Below, piece by piece: positions 11,779-23,963 of a DNA stretch of 64,000 nucleotides. The notes under the pieces are model-generated. The model did no database searches and was not told the DNA's origin. It was given only the letters and a program-made list of their open reading frames with translations. The DNA lies in contig JAKMXF010000350.1 of assembly GCA_024704765.1 (NCBI GenBank), positions 38,913 to 102,912 on the forward strand. Reading direction: 5' to 3'. The stretch comes from Oopsacas minuta. Taxonomy: Eukaryota > Animalia > Porifera. The position numbers and the translations under genes are program-made. Position 1 is the first letter of the stretch. Every line of letters starts with the position of its first letter.

Positions 11779-12165
11779 TCTATATTATTAAATTGCCATT
11801 TTTGTCTGTTTGTCCGTTGTCAAGTAAAGGATTTATGGAATGTCCTATCGAATTCGAATTTATCAATACTGAGATGTCGCCTAACTATGTATTTATCGTG
11901 TATACCAAGAAAGTAGAACAAACTTGAATGAAAATATCGAATATACTGAATCTGATTTTCACGCTTCTAAATTAATCATATGTAAATTTATTCGTTGTTT
12001 TTATGAATATAAAGTTAACAAATAGTTGAAATCTCCAAATATTTTGAAAGAGTTGATCTTAACGTCTACAATGAAGTAACAGAGTATAATGAATTTGAAT
12101 TGCATTTTAAAGTTTCTAATAGTTCAATTTATTGTTGTTGTAATAAATATCTAGTAAACAAATAG
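11779..12165. repeat. Family A element copy (downstream of TRIM-like copy 1)
   Basis: It has the same terminus (tctatattattaaattgcc...gtttgtccgttgtcaagtaaaggatttatgg) and the same subrepeat as the other A copies. Confidence 0.7.
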
Positions 12166-12245
12166 TAATATATTAATTCAATTTTACATTTTTTTTGACG
12201 AGTCCGATGTGAACACAGTGTTGGCAAGCCGCGGCTCGTTATGTA

Positions 12246-13828
12246 CTAAGTTATGAAGTGGATCTCACCACTAGACAGTAGCATGATCTGATTCTTTGTC
12301 TCATCAGAGAATGCTCTTATCATTGTGTCTTTAAGAGTTTTCCCTTCAATATCTGTAGATTTTGGAATAGAATTTTCTAACACAGATTCCTGATTCAAAT
12401 AATGATTTTGTTGCGCATACGTATGTGTTTTTTTAGCGTATCTCTGATTTTGTTGAGCGTGTATTTTTTTGTGATCATATTGATCATTTTGTTGAATCTG
12501 ATTAAGATTGTATTTATGAATAGAGCCAGTACTCACATCCACTACATATAGTGTATCAATAATTGTAGTTATACAGCAGAAAGGAGACATTTGTTGAGAT
12601 AAAGTATATAATCCTTGATATTGCAGGTTGTTAATGTTGTACACCTGAATGTAATATTGATTATTATTGGAATTAGGATAACATGGATTGTTATTAGCAT
12701 GCGGGTTTACTGTATGAAGAATCAATAACTCATTGGTTTGTGTAGTAGATCTCACCATATCTACGAAGTTTACATAATCTGTTCCGAGAATATTTTGTGC
12801 ATAGGTTCCGAGATTAATTGTTCCCTCCTTAACTCCAGTTTGATAGTTTACTTTATAAATGTTAGGAGATTCAATACAAGGTATGAATACAGAATTGATA
12901 TCTGAAAATGTGTATAATTTGGGATTAGGAATGGTACCAATTTGATTTATCATCTTTATTTGTTGGAGAACTTTTCCTTCTTCAGAATACACATATATAA
13001 TATTATCAGAGATAATTATAACGGAAGTATTCAAAATAGCTATAGAAGAGTTTAATTGAAATGAAGCTGGGGCTGTTACTTTAATAGTTTGTCTTTTTCT
13101 CAAGGAATTATGAATTTGTTGATAAGTTTTCCAGTGAGTGCGAAACAACACATAAAATACATTAGTAGATGAATTGTATGCAACATCAATTGGGTTGTCA
13201 GAGTATACGAGTATTTCCCGAATATTCTTTCGTCCTAGTCGGTAACTCTTATGCTTTTTGGCAACAAAAACTGATTGCTTTTGGGTCTCTTTAGGATTTT
13301 TAGCTTTATATACAGTCAAGAATTGATTCAAAGAATTCTCTATATTTTGTTCAGTTTGATGATTAACATTGACATTGTATGAATCTGGTGAAATATTGAA
13401 ATCATTTAGAAACAAAGAAATATCCTGTAACTTGTCTACAGGTCTATTACTGATACCAGTCACATATGAGTACATACTCAACACACCCACATAACCTGTG
13501 TATGTGACTGTTTGTTTCAGCTGTTGAATAGCATCTTCCAATGGAGTAATCAGTGTTTGATATTTGTTAGACAATTCTTCTAACAGAACTGCTTGTCTAA
13601 TCTCCAGCTGATTGTACAGCTGTTGAAAGAATGTGAGCACCTGTGTAGTCTGTGTATTCCATTTCTTTTCTAGATTTGATTTCCTATCTTCTAACTGACA
13701 AATACGAGAATTAGCTTCTTGTAAACATTCCTCTTGCAACATATTTGTTGATGACGTAATATTAATACCCTCAGAATAAGGATGTAGATATTCTTCTGTG
13801 AATTTGTATCTTGCTTCTATCCCATCAT
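12246..13828 (-). CDS. TRIM-like E3 ligase copy 1, exon 2 (coiled-coil + beta-propeller/NHL-like C-terminal domain)
   Basis: Acceptor aaaattag|AT restores the reading frame with exon 1. The ORF-track N-terminus (MNVNTHNIYIHIYIYIY) is a translated (TA)n microsatellite lying in the intron. The exon is near-identical to copy 2 over long stretches. Confidence 0.65.
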
Positions 13829-13842
13829 CTAATTTTGTGGAA

Positions 13843-13875
13843 TATATATATATATATATATGTATGTATATATTA
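13843..13875. repeat. (TA)n microsatellite in the TRIM-like copy 1 intron, next to the exon-2 acceptor
   Basis: Direct read. Confidence 0.9.
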
Positions 13876-13980
13876 TGTGTATTAACATTCATTATAAAAG
13901 GCTGAACATTACATCCATGTGATGGAAACTATCAGAATATAAAGGGGAATTTTATGCAATTGAGCGGTAAATGTGAAAAT

Positions 13981-14450
13981 CTATATTATTAAATTGCTAT
14001 TGTTATTTGTCCGCCAGTCCGTTCTTTGTCAAGGAAAGGAATGATGGAATGCTAAATTGAACTTGAACCTCGCAATTCAGGAACATAACTATGGAGTGCT
14101 CAAGAAGTCCGGACATCAGTCTCGGCCAAGATAGATATTAAATTGAGGTAAAATGCTTCTCAACTATCATAATCATAATCGTGAATATAAAAGCACTTAA
14201 ACAACACTGAACGCCAAATCATTAACTAATTCGATAAAAATCGTTCTCGCATTGCGAATAGCAGCTTGTTCATATGCGAATTTGAATTTGAATATATGAA
14301 ATTTATTGTTGTTTTTATGAATATAAAAGTAACAAAAGTTCCATAAACTTGGTTTCAACGGTTATACCGGGTAATCGAGTATGCTGATTCTGAATTTCAC
14401 ACTTTCTAGGTACTTATGCGTAAATAATTGTTGTTCTAATGAAAAAATCG
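13981..14450. repeat. Family A element copy inside intron of TRIM-like copy 1
   Basis: It has the same terminus and the same subrepeats as the other A copies. Confidence 0.7.
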
Positions 14451-14697
14451 AGGTACGAAGTGCTGAGTTACATGCGAATAGTGTTCGTAAGCCCAGCAGC
14501 GAGAGCAAGCAATGCGGCTCATTTTTATGAAAGTATACCCAGATTAACCAATCGTTCTGTTTAAAATGAAAATTTCATGAATCGAAACAAGCGTTCCTGA
14601 AATTTTCAAAAATTATAGTACACTAAATTCTACTGATGCTAGAGATTGCCATAGTAAACTGACATACGTATTGGAGAATACTACCAATCAAACTACC

Positions 14698-15222
14698 TCC
14701 TGTAGTAGTAGCTTGTAGACTTGTGAGAATATCCTGTACAGAAGACTCCTGTAGTGTGTGTAGCTGTAGTATGAGATGTCCTATGTTATACTTCTCATGA
14801 CTCTTCATATCAATCTTACAAATAGTAGCTTTACATTCTACACAATAAGCTACAGCTGTCTCACCTGGGTCTCCAAACACACAGTCAGTACATCTGAGAT
14901 TATCTGTATTAGTCTTCAGTTGTTTCAGCTTGTTGATTAGTTCTGGTAAAGGATTGCTCTGTAGCTCTAAGCTATCATCCTCGTAACTGGGACAGAGTGG
15001 ACACTGTATTGACTCATTTCCTTCTTGTTTAACCTTCTGATCAATACAGGTCTTACAGAATGAGTGTAAACAAGATAGGAATGTAGCTCTCTTGACAGAA
15101 TATTGACAGAGATGACAAGTGAATGTCACATCATTAAAGTGTTGCTGTCTCTTACTATCAGCTACTTTATCAGTTTTATATTGAGTCTCTGTTGGTGGAA
15201 CCTCAAAAATTCTTGTAGCCAT
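14698..15222 (-). CDS. TRIM-like E3 ligase copy 1, exon 1 (RING + B-box)
   Basis: C3HC4 RING (CHLCQYSVKRATFLSCLHSFCKTCID...CPLCP) and B-box (CTDCVFGDPGETAVAYCVECKATICKIDMKSHEKYNIGH). The exon ends at donor G|GTAGTT in phase 1, upstream of the ORF's in-frame stop. Confidence 0.7.
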
Positions 15223-15312
15223 AGGTTATATAATTTATTATGTTTCTATTTTCAAATTCAAAACTAAGGAGCTGTTAGTATGCACGGCGCTTCGTGACGA
15301 TCTAAATTAGTG

Positions 15313-15404
15313 GTTTCAATAAAGCCTTTATTGAAACCACTTTTTGGGCTTCTTTCAGACCGACTAATTCAATCGCGGGCCGCGGTTATAAATTTCGGCC
15401 CGCG
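15313..15404 (-). promoter_or_regulatory. Two palindromes ~100-180 bp upstream of TRIM-like copy 1 ATG (candidate promoter elements)
   Basis: Perfect 15-bp-arm palindrome gtggtttcaataaag c ctttattgaaaccac (15313-15343). GC-rich inverted repeat cgcgggccg...cggcccgcg (15374-15404). Confidence 0.3.
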
Positions 15405-17157
15405 TGCAACTCTGATTGAAACTCAAACTTGAGGCTAAGCCAAGTTTCTTAGTTGCTTTGTCAATCTGACTTTTATACCTTGTTACTCTGGAAACACGGA
15501 CTTACTACTTGTGTATTACTGATACGAGTTGTTTGGTGATGTCCCCCAAACAGAGTATTTTCCATGAATCAACTGTTGGTTAGCATCTTGTAGATTTAAA
15601 CCCTATCCTGTATCCAAAGTATTTACCCGATTTATTTAAAATTTACTGGTGAATTTTGTACGGGGTTATAGGATGAAAAAGATATGTGCAAATATATGTT
15701 TTAGGCCTTAACACGGTCACAGGAAGATAACCTCAAATTTATCAAATATAGGAAATCTTTCGACATAGAAATATAGTATTAAAAAAGGGTTGAAATATCT
15801 GAATTCTTCAAACAAGCACCCTATGCTGGAAAAAATATCATGGCAGCCCAGAGGCCTATCCAGACTATACCCGGAACCAGTGCTCAACAAGATCAAAATT
15901 TGTTGGTAGAGATTAGCCACTATTTTTCTCCTTTTCGAAACCTAGTTTATAACCTCAATGTAGAATCTAAATATTTTGGTGGCATATCCAGTGACGTAAC
16001 GAGGCTAAGTGTCGCTGGGGGCAAGTGCGAAAAACGCCGCCCCACAAGAAAATTACACTAAATATATTTTAAACAAACCTATTTTATTAAAACAGCTGGA
16101 GTGTTCAAACCTCAAACGTGGGCTCAACCTTAAGATTGCGAGCAATTTGGAATCTAGGAGCGTATGCAGTGATGGATCCAAGAATTTCTGGTGTGGGATA
16201 CCCATCTAGCTGGGGTATGGGGTGCAATTGGGCCCCAGATTGCCAGGCATAGTTTTGGGAAAACCTATTGATATATCACTCGAGCTTTCTTGATTAACTG
16301 CGAATATATCTTGAAATCAGTTATAAAAATATTACTCTCATTGTTCAAGAAATAATAAATATTATTGTATCTTATGGCTACCGCATCCTTTAGACAAATG
16401 CTTATACAATATTGTACAATGATCAAACTGTTATATATTAGTATGCGATTGCGTGCAATTTGTGTAATTATGTGGAAAAGTGTAAATCCGCCCCTATTGC
16501 GGGCTCGTATTATGAATGCAACAGTATTTACGTATGAAATGCAAATTTCCTGAGTTTAGTTACCAGAATTGAGGTCCAATTAAGGGTTCAGATAAATGAA
16601 TGTCTTTAATGTTAGTCACATTAAGACCTCTAGTAAGCTCCATATGATATATGAGGAGTTTAGAATTATGATATACAACATACATATCATCTTTCTGCAT
16701 TTTACGAAAATAATTTCAACAATTAGAATAATATGACTGTAATTCACTTTGTGCTCGAAAACATCGAATCCGAACACGAATCGAACCCGATTCTAACTCT
16801 GATTTGGTTAGATTTATCTAACTTTCATCATACTCAATCGAAAATGTTATTTAGTCTCAAATTTGAGTTCTAAACGACTAGTAGTAATGCTTTGGGGGTC
16901 AGATCACTGTCCTGCCTTATACCATCCAGGTGGCCCAGAGATCCAGAGCAATTTACTGCTCCCATGATTGATCACTATTACAACAAAACATAATACTAAA
17001 TCTACATTCCATTCTAAAAGAAACGATAAAATACAGAATCTAAGATTAGGCTAGAGGCATATATACAATCCTAATTCACGATACAATTATAATAGATATT
17101 TAGTAGCGAATATTAAGCCTTGAGACTACACATAGTTATGTGTGTATAATGCACGTA

Positions 17158-18905
17158 TTAAGTTATGAAGTGGATCTCACCACTAGATAGTAGCATGATC
17201 TGATTCTTTGTCTCATGTGAGAATGCTCTTATCATTGTGTCTTTAAGAGTTTTACCTTTAATATCTGTAGATTGTGGAATAGAATTTTCTAACACAGATT
17301 CCTGATTCAAATTATGATTTTGTTGAGTGTACATCAGCATTTGGTTATGGCGATTGTCGCTCATTCCGTAATCATAATCAATATCTCTATCATAATTTGG
17401 TTGAAAATATGGATTATTATTTTGAACATTTTGTTGAATCTGATTAAGATTGTATTTATGAATAGAGCCAGTACTCACATCCACTACATATAGTGTATCA
17501 GTAATTGTAGTTATACAGCAGAAAGGAGACATTTGTTGAGATAAAGTATATAATCCTTGATATTGCAGGTTGTTAATGTTGTACACCTGAATGTAATATT
17601 GATTATTATTGGAATTAGGATAACATGGATTGTTATTAGCATGCGGGTTTACCGAATGAAGAATCAACAACTGATTGGTTTGTGTAGTAGATCTGACCAT
17701 ATCTACGAAGTTATATAATCCCATACCCAGATGTTGTCCACCCATGCCCAGATGTTGTCCAGGCATACCCGGATATTGTCCTTGCATACCCGGATATTGT
17801 CCTTGCATACCCGGATATTGTCCTTGCATACCCGGATGTTGTCCTTGCATGCCCAGATGTCCAAAAAAGCCACCATGTTGTTGTGCATAAGTTAAGATAT
17901 TAATTGTTCCCTCCTTAACTCCAGTTTGATAGTTTACTTTATAAATGTTAGGAGATTCAATACAAGGTATGAATACAGAATTGATATCTGAAAATGTGTA
18001 TAATTTGGGATTAGGAATGGTACCAATTTGATTTATCATCTTTATTTGTTGGAGAACTTTTCCTTCTTCAGAATACACATATATAATATTATCAGAGATA
18101 ATTATAACGGAAGTATTCAAAATAGCTATAGAAGAGTTTAATTGAAATGAAGCTGGGGCTGTTACTTTAATAGTTTGTCTTTTTCTCAAGGAATTATGAA
18201 TTTGTTGATAAGTTTTCCAGTGAGTGCGAAACAACACATAAAATACATTAGTAGATGAATTGTATGCAACATCAATTGGGTTGTCAGAGTAATCGTGCAT
18301 TTGACCAGTTTGTTTGTTAGCAAGTCGGTAACTCTTATGCATTTTGGCAACAAAAGCTGATTGCTCTTTAGGATTTTTAGCTTTATTTACAGTCAAGAAT
18401 TTATTTAAAAAATTCTCTATATTTTGTTTAGTTTGATGATTAACATTGACATTGTATGAATCTGATGGAATATTGAAATCATTTAGAAACAAAGAAATAT
18501 CCTGTAACTTGTCTACAGGTCTATTACTGATACCAGTCACATATGAGTACATACTCAACACACCCACATAACCTGTGTATGTGACTGTTTGTTTCAGCTG
18601 TTGAATAGCATCTTCCAATGGAGTAATCAGTGTTTGATATTTGTTAGACAATTCTTCTAATAGAACTGCTTGTCTAATCTCCAGCTGATTGTACAGCTGT
18701 TGAAAGAATGTGAGCACCTGTGTAGTCTGTGTATTCAATTTCTTTTCTAGATTTGATTTCCTATCTTCTAACTGACAAATACGAGAATTAGCTTCTTGTA
18801 TACATTCCTCTTGCAACATATTTGTTGATGACGTAATATTAATACCCTCAGAATAAGGATGTAGATATTCTTCTGGGAGTTTTGATTTTGTTCCAATCCC
18901 AGCAT
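17158..18905 (-). CDS. TRIM-like E3 ligase copy 2, exon 2 with 21-bp repeat-encoded Q/G-rich insert
   Basis: Acceptor cccatatttcag|AT in the same phase as copy 1. It contains the heptad run HLGMQGQHPGMQGQYPGMQGQYPGM..., which copy 1 lacks. Confidence 0.65.
17721..17868. repeat. 21-bp tandem repeat (~7-8 units, catacccggatattgtccttg) encoding PGMQGQ[YH] heptads in TRIM-like copy 2
   Basis: Direct read. The consecutive units differ by single substitutions. The repeat is in frame with the CDS and is absent at the equivalent position in copy 1. Confidence 0.85.
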
Positions 18906-18922
18906 CTGAAATATGGGTATAC

Positions 18923-19110
18923 ATTATTAATTATAAATTGTTGTTTATTGGTCTGTCTGTTTGTATGTTTGTTCGTTCTCAAGAAAATGATTTATGGTAT
19001 GTATTTTGAATCCAAATTTCGCCCTTTTGAGAAGTTGCATATTTATGTATTTATCGTTTTTTCAAGAAAGTAATTAAATAAAACTCGAATATTGTGAATT
19101 CGATGTAAAT
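18923..19110. repeat. Family A terminus (diverged) inside intron of TRIM-like copy 2
   Basis: Diverged family A terminus: ...gtttgttcgttctcaagaaaatgatttatggtatg. Confidence 0.55.
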
Positions 19111-19299
19111 GTTTTTTACGAGCCTGCGATGAACTCGGCGCATTGCGCCTCGAAGTATCCATTATTCTCCAAATTGATGGCCCCTTTGAGTATTATAATA
19201 TAGATATATTTAGAACAATGTAATTCACAAATAAGATCAACCCCCTTTGTAGCCGTTTAGAGCAAGCCTGTACGTATATTTTGAGATTTTGCTAATTTG

Positions 19300-19700
19300 T
19301 TTACTTTATATTCATAAAAACAACAATAAATTTACTTATGATTAATCCAAAAGTGTGAAAATCGGATTCAAGCATGTTCGATATATTTAGTGAAGTTTAT
19401 TCGAATTCTATTTACTTCCTTGATAAACACAATAAATACAAAGTTATGCGACAATTTCAAAATTGCATACCATAAATCCTTTCCTTGACAATGGACAAAC
19501 AGAATAATTGAGATTTTATAATATAGATTTTATGAATATAAATTAAGTAAACAAAGGAATCGAAATTTCAAAATATACGTAGACACTGGCTCTCAACAAT
19601 TATATTGGCCTAATCAAGTATGCTGAATCCGAATATTACATTGTCAACAACGTATTGTGAACATATGTTGTTTAGTGCATAAAGTAAACAAATTTGTAAA
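19300..19700. repeat. Family A copy, reverse orientation, with subrepeats, inside intron of TRIM-like copy 2
   Basis: It ends ...ataccataaatcctttccttgacaatggacaaacagaataattgagattttataatatagat, which is the reverse complement of the family A terminus. Tandem subrepeats follow. Confidence 0.65.
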
Positions 19701-20067
19701 TAGTCTCAGAAACTTGTTTCAACAGTTATCTGAGGGAACTATGTACCCTCATTCCAAATTTTTCATTTCCAAGTTACTCATATCAGTCATATGTTCTTCT
19801 TACTATAAAAAATTCTAGGCGCGAAGTGCAGGGTTACAGTTACATGTGAATACAGCTTGCAACCCCGCAGCGCGAGGAAGCGAAGCGGGCTCGTATTAAT
19901 GAAAGTATAACCAATGTTTATGTATGAAATGCATATTTACTGATTCGATACAAGGGTTTCTTAATTGCTGGGGTAGCCTGATATTTTCAAAACTGAGATT
20001 GCTATAGTAAACTGACAGTAGTATTGGAGAATATTACATTACTAACTCGACTATCCTATCAAACTAC

Positions 20068-20593
20068 CTCCTGTAGTAGTAGCTTGTAGACTTGTGAGAA
20101 TATCTTGTACAGAAGACTCCTGTAGTGTGTGTAGCTGTAGTATGAGATGTCCTATGTTATACTTCTCATGACTTTTCAAATCAATCTTACAAATAGTAGC
20201 TTTACATTCTACACAATAAGCTACAGCTGTCTCACCTGGGTCTCCAAACACACAGTCAGTACATCTGAGATTATCTGTATTAGTCTTCAGTTGTTTCAGC
20301 TTGTTGATTAGTTCTGGTAAAGGATTGCTCTGTAGCTCTAAGCTATCATCCTCGTAACTGGGACAGAGTGGACACTGTATTGACTCATTTCCTTCTTGTT
20401 TAACCTTCTGATCAATACAGGTCTTACAGAATGAGTGTAAACAAGATAGGAATGTAGCTCTCTTGACAGAATATTGACAGAGATGACAAGTGAATGTCAC
20501 ATCATTAAAGTGTTGCTGTCTCTTACTATCAGCTACTTTATCAGTTTTATATTGAGTCTCTTTTGGTGGAATCTCAAAAATTCTTGTAGCCAT
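20068..20593 (-). CDS. TRIM-like E3 ligase copy 2, exon 1 (RING + B-box)
   Basis: Almost identical at the nucleotide level to copy 1 exon 1, with the same donor position. The start is taken at MATRIF by analogy with copy 1; the ORF track starts 18 nt upstream at MIRPYIMATRIF. Confidence 0.7.
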
Positions 20594-20753
20594 TATGTAA
20601 GGCCTAATCATTGATTATTTATACAGATTTAAATTACTAAGGAGTTGAAAATATGATATAGCGAATATCCCATACAGTTAAATTATATTTATTTATAGGC
20701 AGCGGCGTAGCTAGCATTTTCTCTTTGGGGTTACCACTGGGGTTGCTGATAGT

Positions 20754-20781
20754 AGCTAGGGGTTGCCAGCAACCCCTAGCT
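20754..20781 (-). promoter_or_regulatory. GC-rich palindrome agctaggggttgc ca gcaacccctagct ~160 bp upstream of TRIM-like copy 2 ATG
   Basis: 13-bp arms with a 2-nt centre. Confidence 0.3.
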
Positions 20782-22274
20782 ATGCTTATGTTTATAGGGC
20801 ATGATTTATCATTATTTAAATTACCCAAGTTGTTATAGACATCAAGTACAACTGAATTGCACACATGCTAACCAGGCTGAGAGAATAGCGAAATGGAAAG
20901 CGGTATTTATTTGCTTCATACGTTGAGTTTTAAATTCCCCCATCAAAAAGTATATCTGTATATGTTTGAAACACTCAGAAACCTTCAACCTTTAATCTCA
21001 AATATTACCGATACTAGCACATCAACCACGTTTGGTTAAATTTATTAAATTCATATTATTGAGAAAAATGAGATCAAAATTTCAGGATCATTTCGTAAAT
21101 ACTAACTACTTCCATTTATGGCATTTTAGTATTCCTACGGTATTCTAAACATATTTGGCAAGGGCTGAGAATTTTCGCACTGGACTCTATAATATATTGA
21201 AAGGTAGGTAACTGATTATAGCATCACATGAGTAGAATATTAGCGTCTACAACTATCACTAAAATGTGATTCTGGCACACTACGCTTAGACTTTATACCA
21301 AGCTTGACAGTCCTGACAACCAATTCAATTATACCGCTTAATTTTCTTTTGAAGAGGGCACTGATGAAAGTTACACAATGAACAAAGAGTATCGGACTTA
21401 TCTGACCAAGAATGAATCTCAGAAGTCAGAACCAAACTTACCTGACGAATATAATTTGTCTCGCTTCTTTCGTGATGATTCGGCTATGCATCTACGCATT
21501 TGTTGACAGTAATTTGTCTACGTCTCCTTTGTTAGTTTTCATTACTCTACGATCCCCATCTCAAGATTTTGGTACGATCCCGCTAACAAAAATATAGGAG
21601 TGCGTTGTAGCTTGCTTGTAGACCTAATTCCTTCACAGCAGAGTATGGAAATTAGCATCATTGAAGCAAAGTACAGCTAGAATGACAGTAGAAAGGTAAT
21701 TAAAGTGTTAGCAATTATAGCTTGTTATTCATAACCTTACTGATTTTTACAGCGCCCATTGACCCACTGTATCGGAAATTTGTGATGGATTGCAATAACT
21801 TCTTAGACATCTGAATGAAGAACACGACATATATCCTCCTGAAGATAGTTCATGGTTATTATTTTCACGTAGGTTTGAAGCTTGAGACTATTTCTCAAAA
21901 CTGCGTAATACACATTTGGTTGGATTATTTTCCGATTGACTTTTGCTTTGTGTATTATTAATAAGATGGATACATTTGATCAGGGTAATACTCGAAAATA
22001 ATACTTAGATCCGTATTTGGATTACATAATATTGAGGGTAAGATTTTACAGTTTGCAAATTTAGCCAACGGCAGTGGTGTCCTGCTGTGGGAGCGGGTGG
22101 GAGCGCCGCTCCCATACTTTTTTAACAAATCAAATTGGCAAGTAACAATTAATTCAGAAGTTACTGAATTTATGTACCTGATATCTATAGTAGCATGCAA
22201 TCAATATTTGAAATCAATTGAAATTTGTTCCAAATATAATTTAGTCGAGTTGGAGAGCAAATGTTTACTTTATA

Positions 22275-22628
22275 GCGCCATGCAGGCTTGGACCGGGTCA
22301 CTATTTTCAATGAATTTTGGGGTCTGAACCGGGTCACTGATTTTGACTTGACCTGGTTTAATCTTATAGATAATTTAATTATATCGGTTTGTAAAATCAT
22401 AAAGATTCAGTCAATATTAGTTGGACGTTTCATTTTCATGAATCATTAGTATTTTTACCAAACTTATTTGGTATCACTACTATTGTATACTTATATACAT
22501 ATATGCTCTTATGTACGTATAGATATGTAATATAGAAAATTAATGTTTTGAAAAACCGGGTCACCGGGTCAGAGGTTTCAACCTGGTCTACCGGGTCAGG
22601 AAATCATGACCCGGTCCAAGCCTGGCGC
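22275..22628. mobile_element. ~354-bp MITE with ~25-bp TIRs (gcgccatgcaggcttggaccgggtca) and accgggtca subrepeats
   Basis: The left terminus and the reverse complement of tgacccggtccaagcctggcgc at the right end match except for a 3-bp indel. The motif (a)ccgggtca(c) recurs more than six times in the interior. Confidence 0.65.
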
Positions 22629-23963
22629 CATGAATATATCGTAGAAGTTATTCCATGCGATTCATCTAAATGCGAAAGGGGGTTCAGTTAAATGAATATC
22701 ATATTGGATGAGAACGAAACCGGCTTACAATAGAACACGTTTCTTCTTTGCTGTTTATCCAGCTTAATGATCCACCACTGACTATTTGGAGACCATTGGA
22801 ATGTTCTAAATCTTGGCTCTTGCACCATAATTCAGCAACAGATATCCATGGCTTGAAATCCAAAATTTCTGAGCCCCATAAACAAGAAGAAATTTGGAAG
22901 TATTATTAGTTAAATAATTTTAGGTACTCAATTACTTGTTAGAACTCTATTTTCAGATTTACTACTAAACCTTTGATATTATTCATACTTATCTTATTAA
23001 TTCAATTACAGGTATATTGTTTGAATTTTGTATTAGAAATTAGGATATATTCAATTGAATTTGAAATTTGAAATACCGCTCCCATACTTATAATTAGAGC
23101 AGGGCATCTCTGGCCAACGGGGCATGCCCTGGGGCACGAGATTTTGCCAGGGGGGGCTTTGCCCTCTACGCCCCCCGTGGCATCATAACCGATTTACATT
23201 TCGTTTCATGCACATTACAGAATCACAATAATGAACTTTGTTATATTTCCCTATTAACTAATATTCAAAGAAATAGAATAGTCAAAGTTCAGCTAATTCG
23301 TATATTTTTGTTAATATAAACTGACTATGGATAGACAACTAGAATTGATTCACTATGTTATATTCATGGTTCTGATCGATGAGTTCAGATCGTTTACGCA
23401 TTATATAGTATATTAGATGAATAATGGGCGATACCATATCCCACCGACAAAACTACCAAACCAGCCAACTAATTAGCGCCAGCTAATCCGGTGTATTAAA
23501 CAGGTGCGGGGGTAATAATTATTAAACATTAAAGTGGCTTAACTCCCTCATATACAGGAAGATTTTCCGACTGTCCTGTTTGTGAGACAATCAGTTTTAC
23601 GGATTTAAAATGAATGTTTTTTCCGGTCGAAACGTTCCAATAAGCAGAGTCCTCCCACTTTTCATTAACCAGATTAGCCAATATACACCTACCATTCTCT
23701 ACTAAGTCTACTGTAGCTGTATATTCGCTCTAGTTGTTATGCGTATTTAGGAAATTATCTTATTAACAATTCAATAAACATCCTTAAATTAAATAATCAA
23801 ACATTTCAAAATGTATTCAATTGTATGCAGCCCTTTTGTGTTAAATAATCTATGAAATAGAATGTGTAACTGCTCTTTATACATAAATTTAGTTAATTCC
23901 ATCTGTGAATTCAGTCATCTCTACAGCCCAGCAGAGTGTGTTATAAAATTTTCCTAAATGACA

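Noticed and set aside
15840-16209. ORFs of 73 aa and 66 aa between the TRIM copies
   Set aside because: No recognisable domains and no splice context. The region is GC-mixed intergenic sequence, and the coding potential is not convincing.
17675-17890. Overlapping 71-aa (+) and 61-aa (-) ORFs of Cys/Pro-rich or CKDNIRV-repeat peptides
   Set aside because: Both are translations of the 21-bp tandem repeat in other frames and on the other strand. The sense frame belongs to the TRIM-like CDS.
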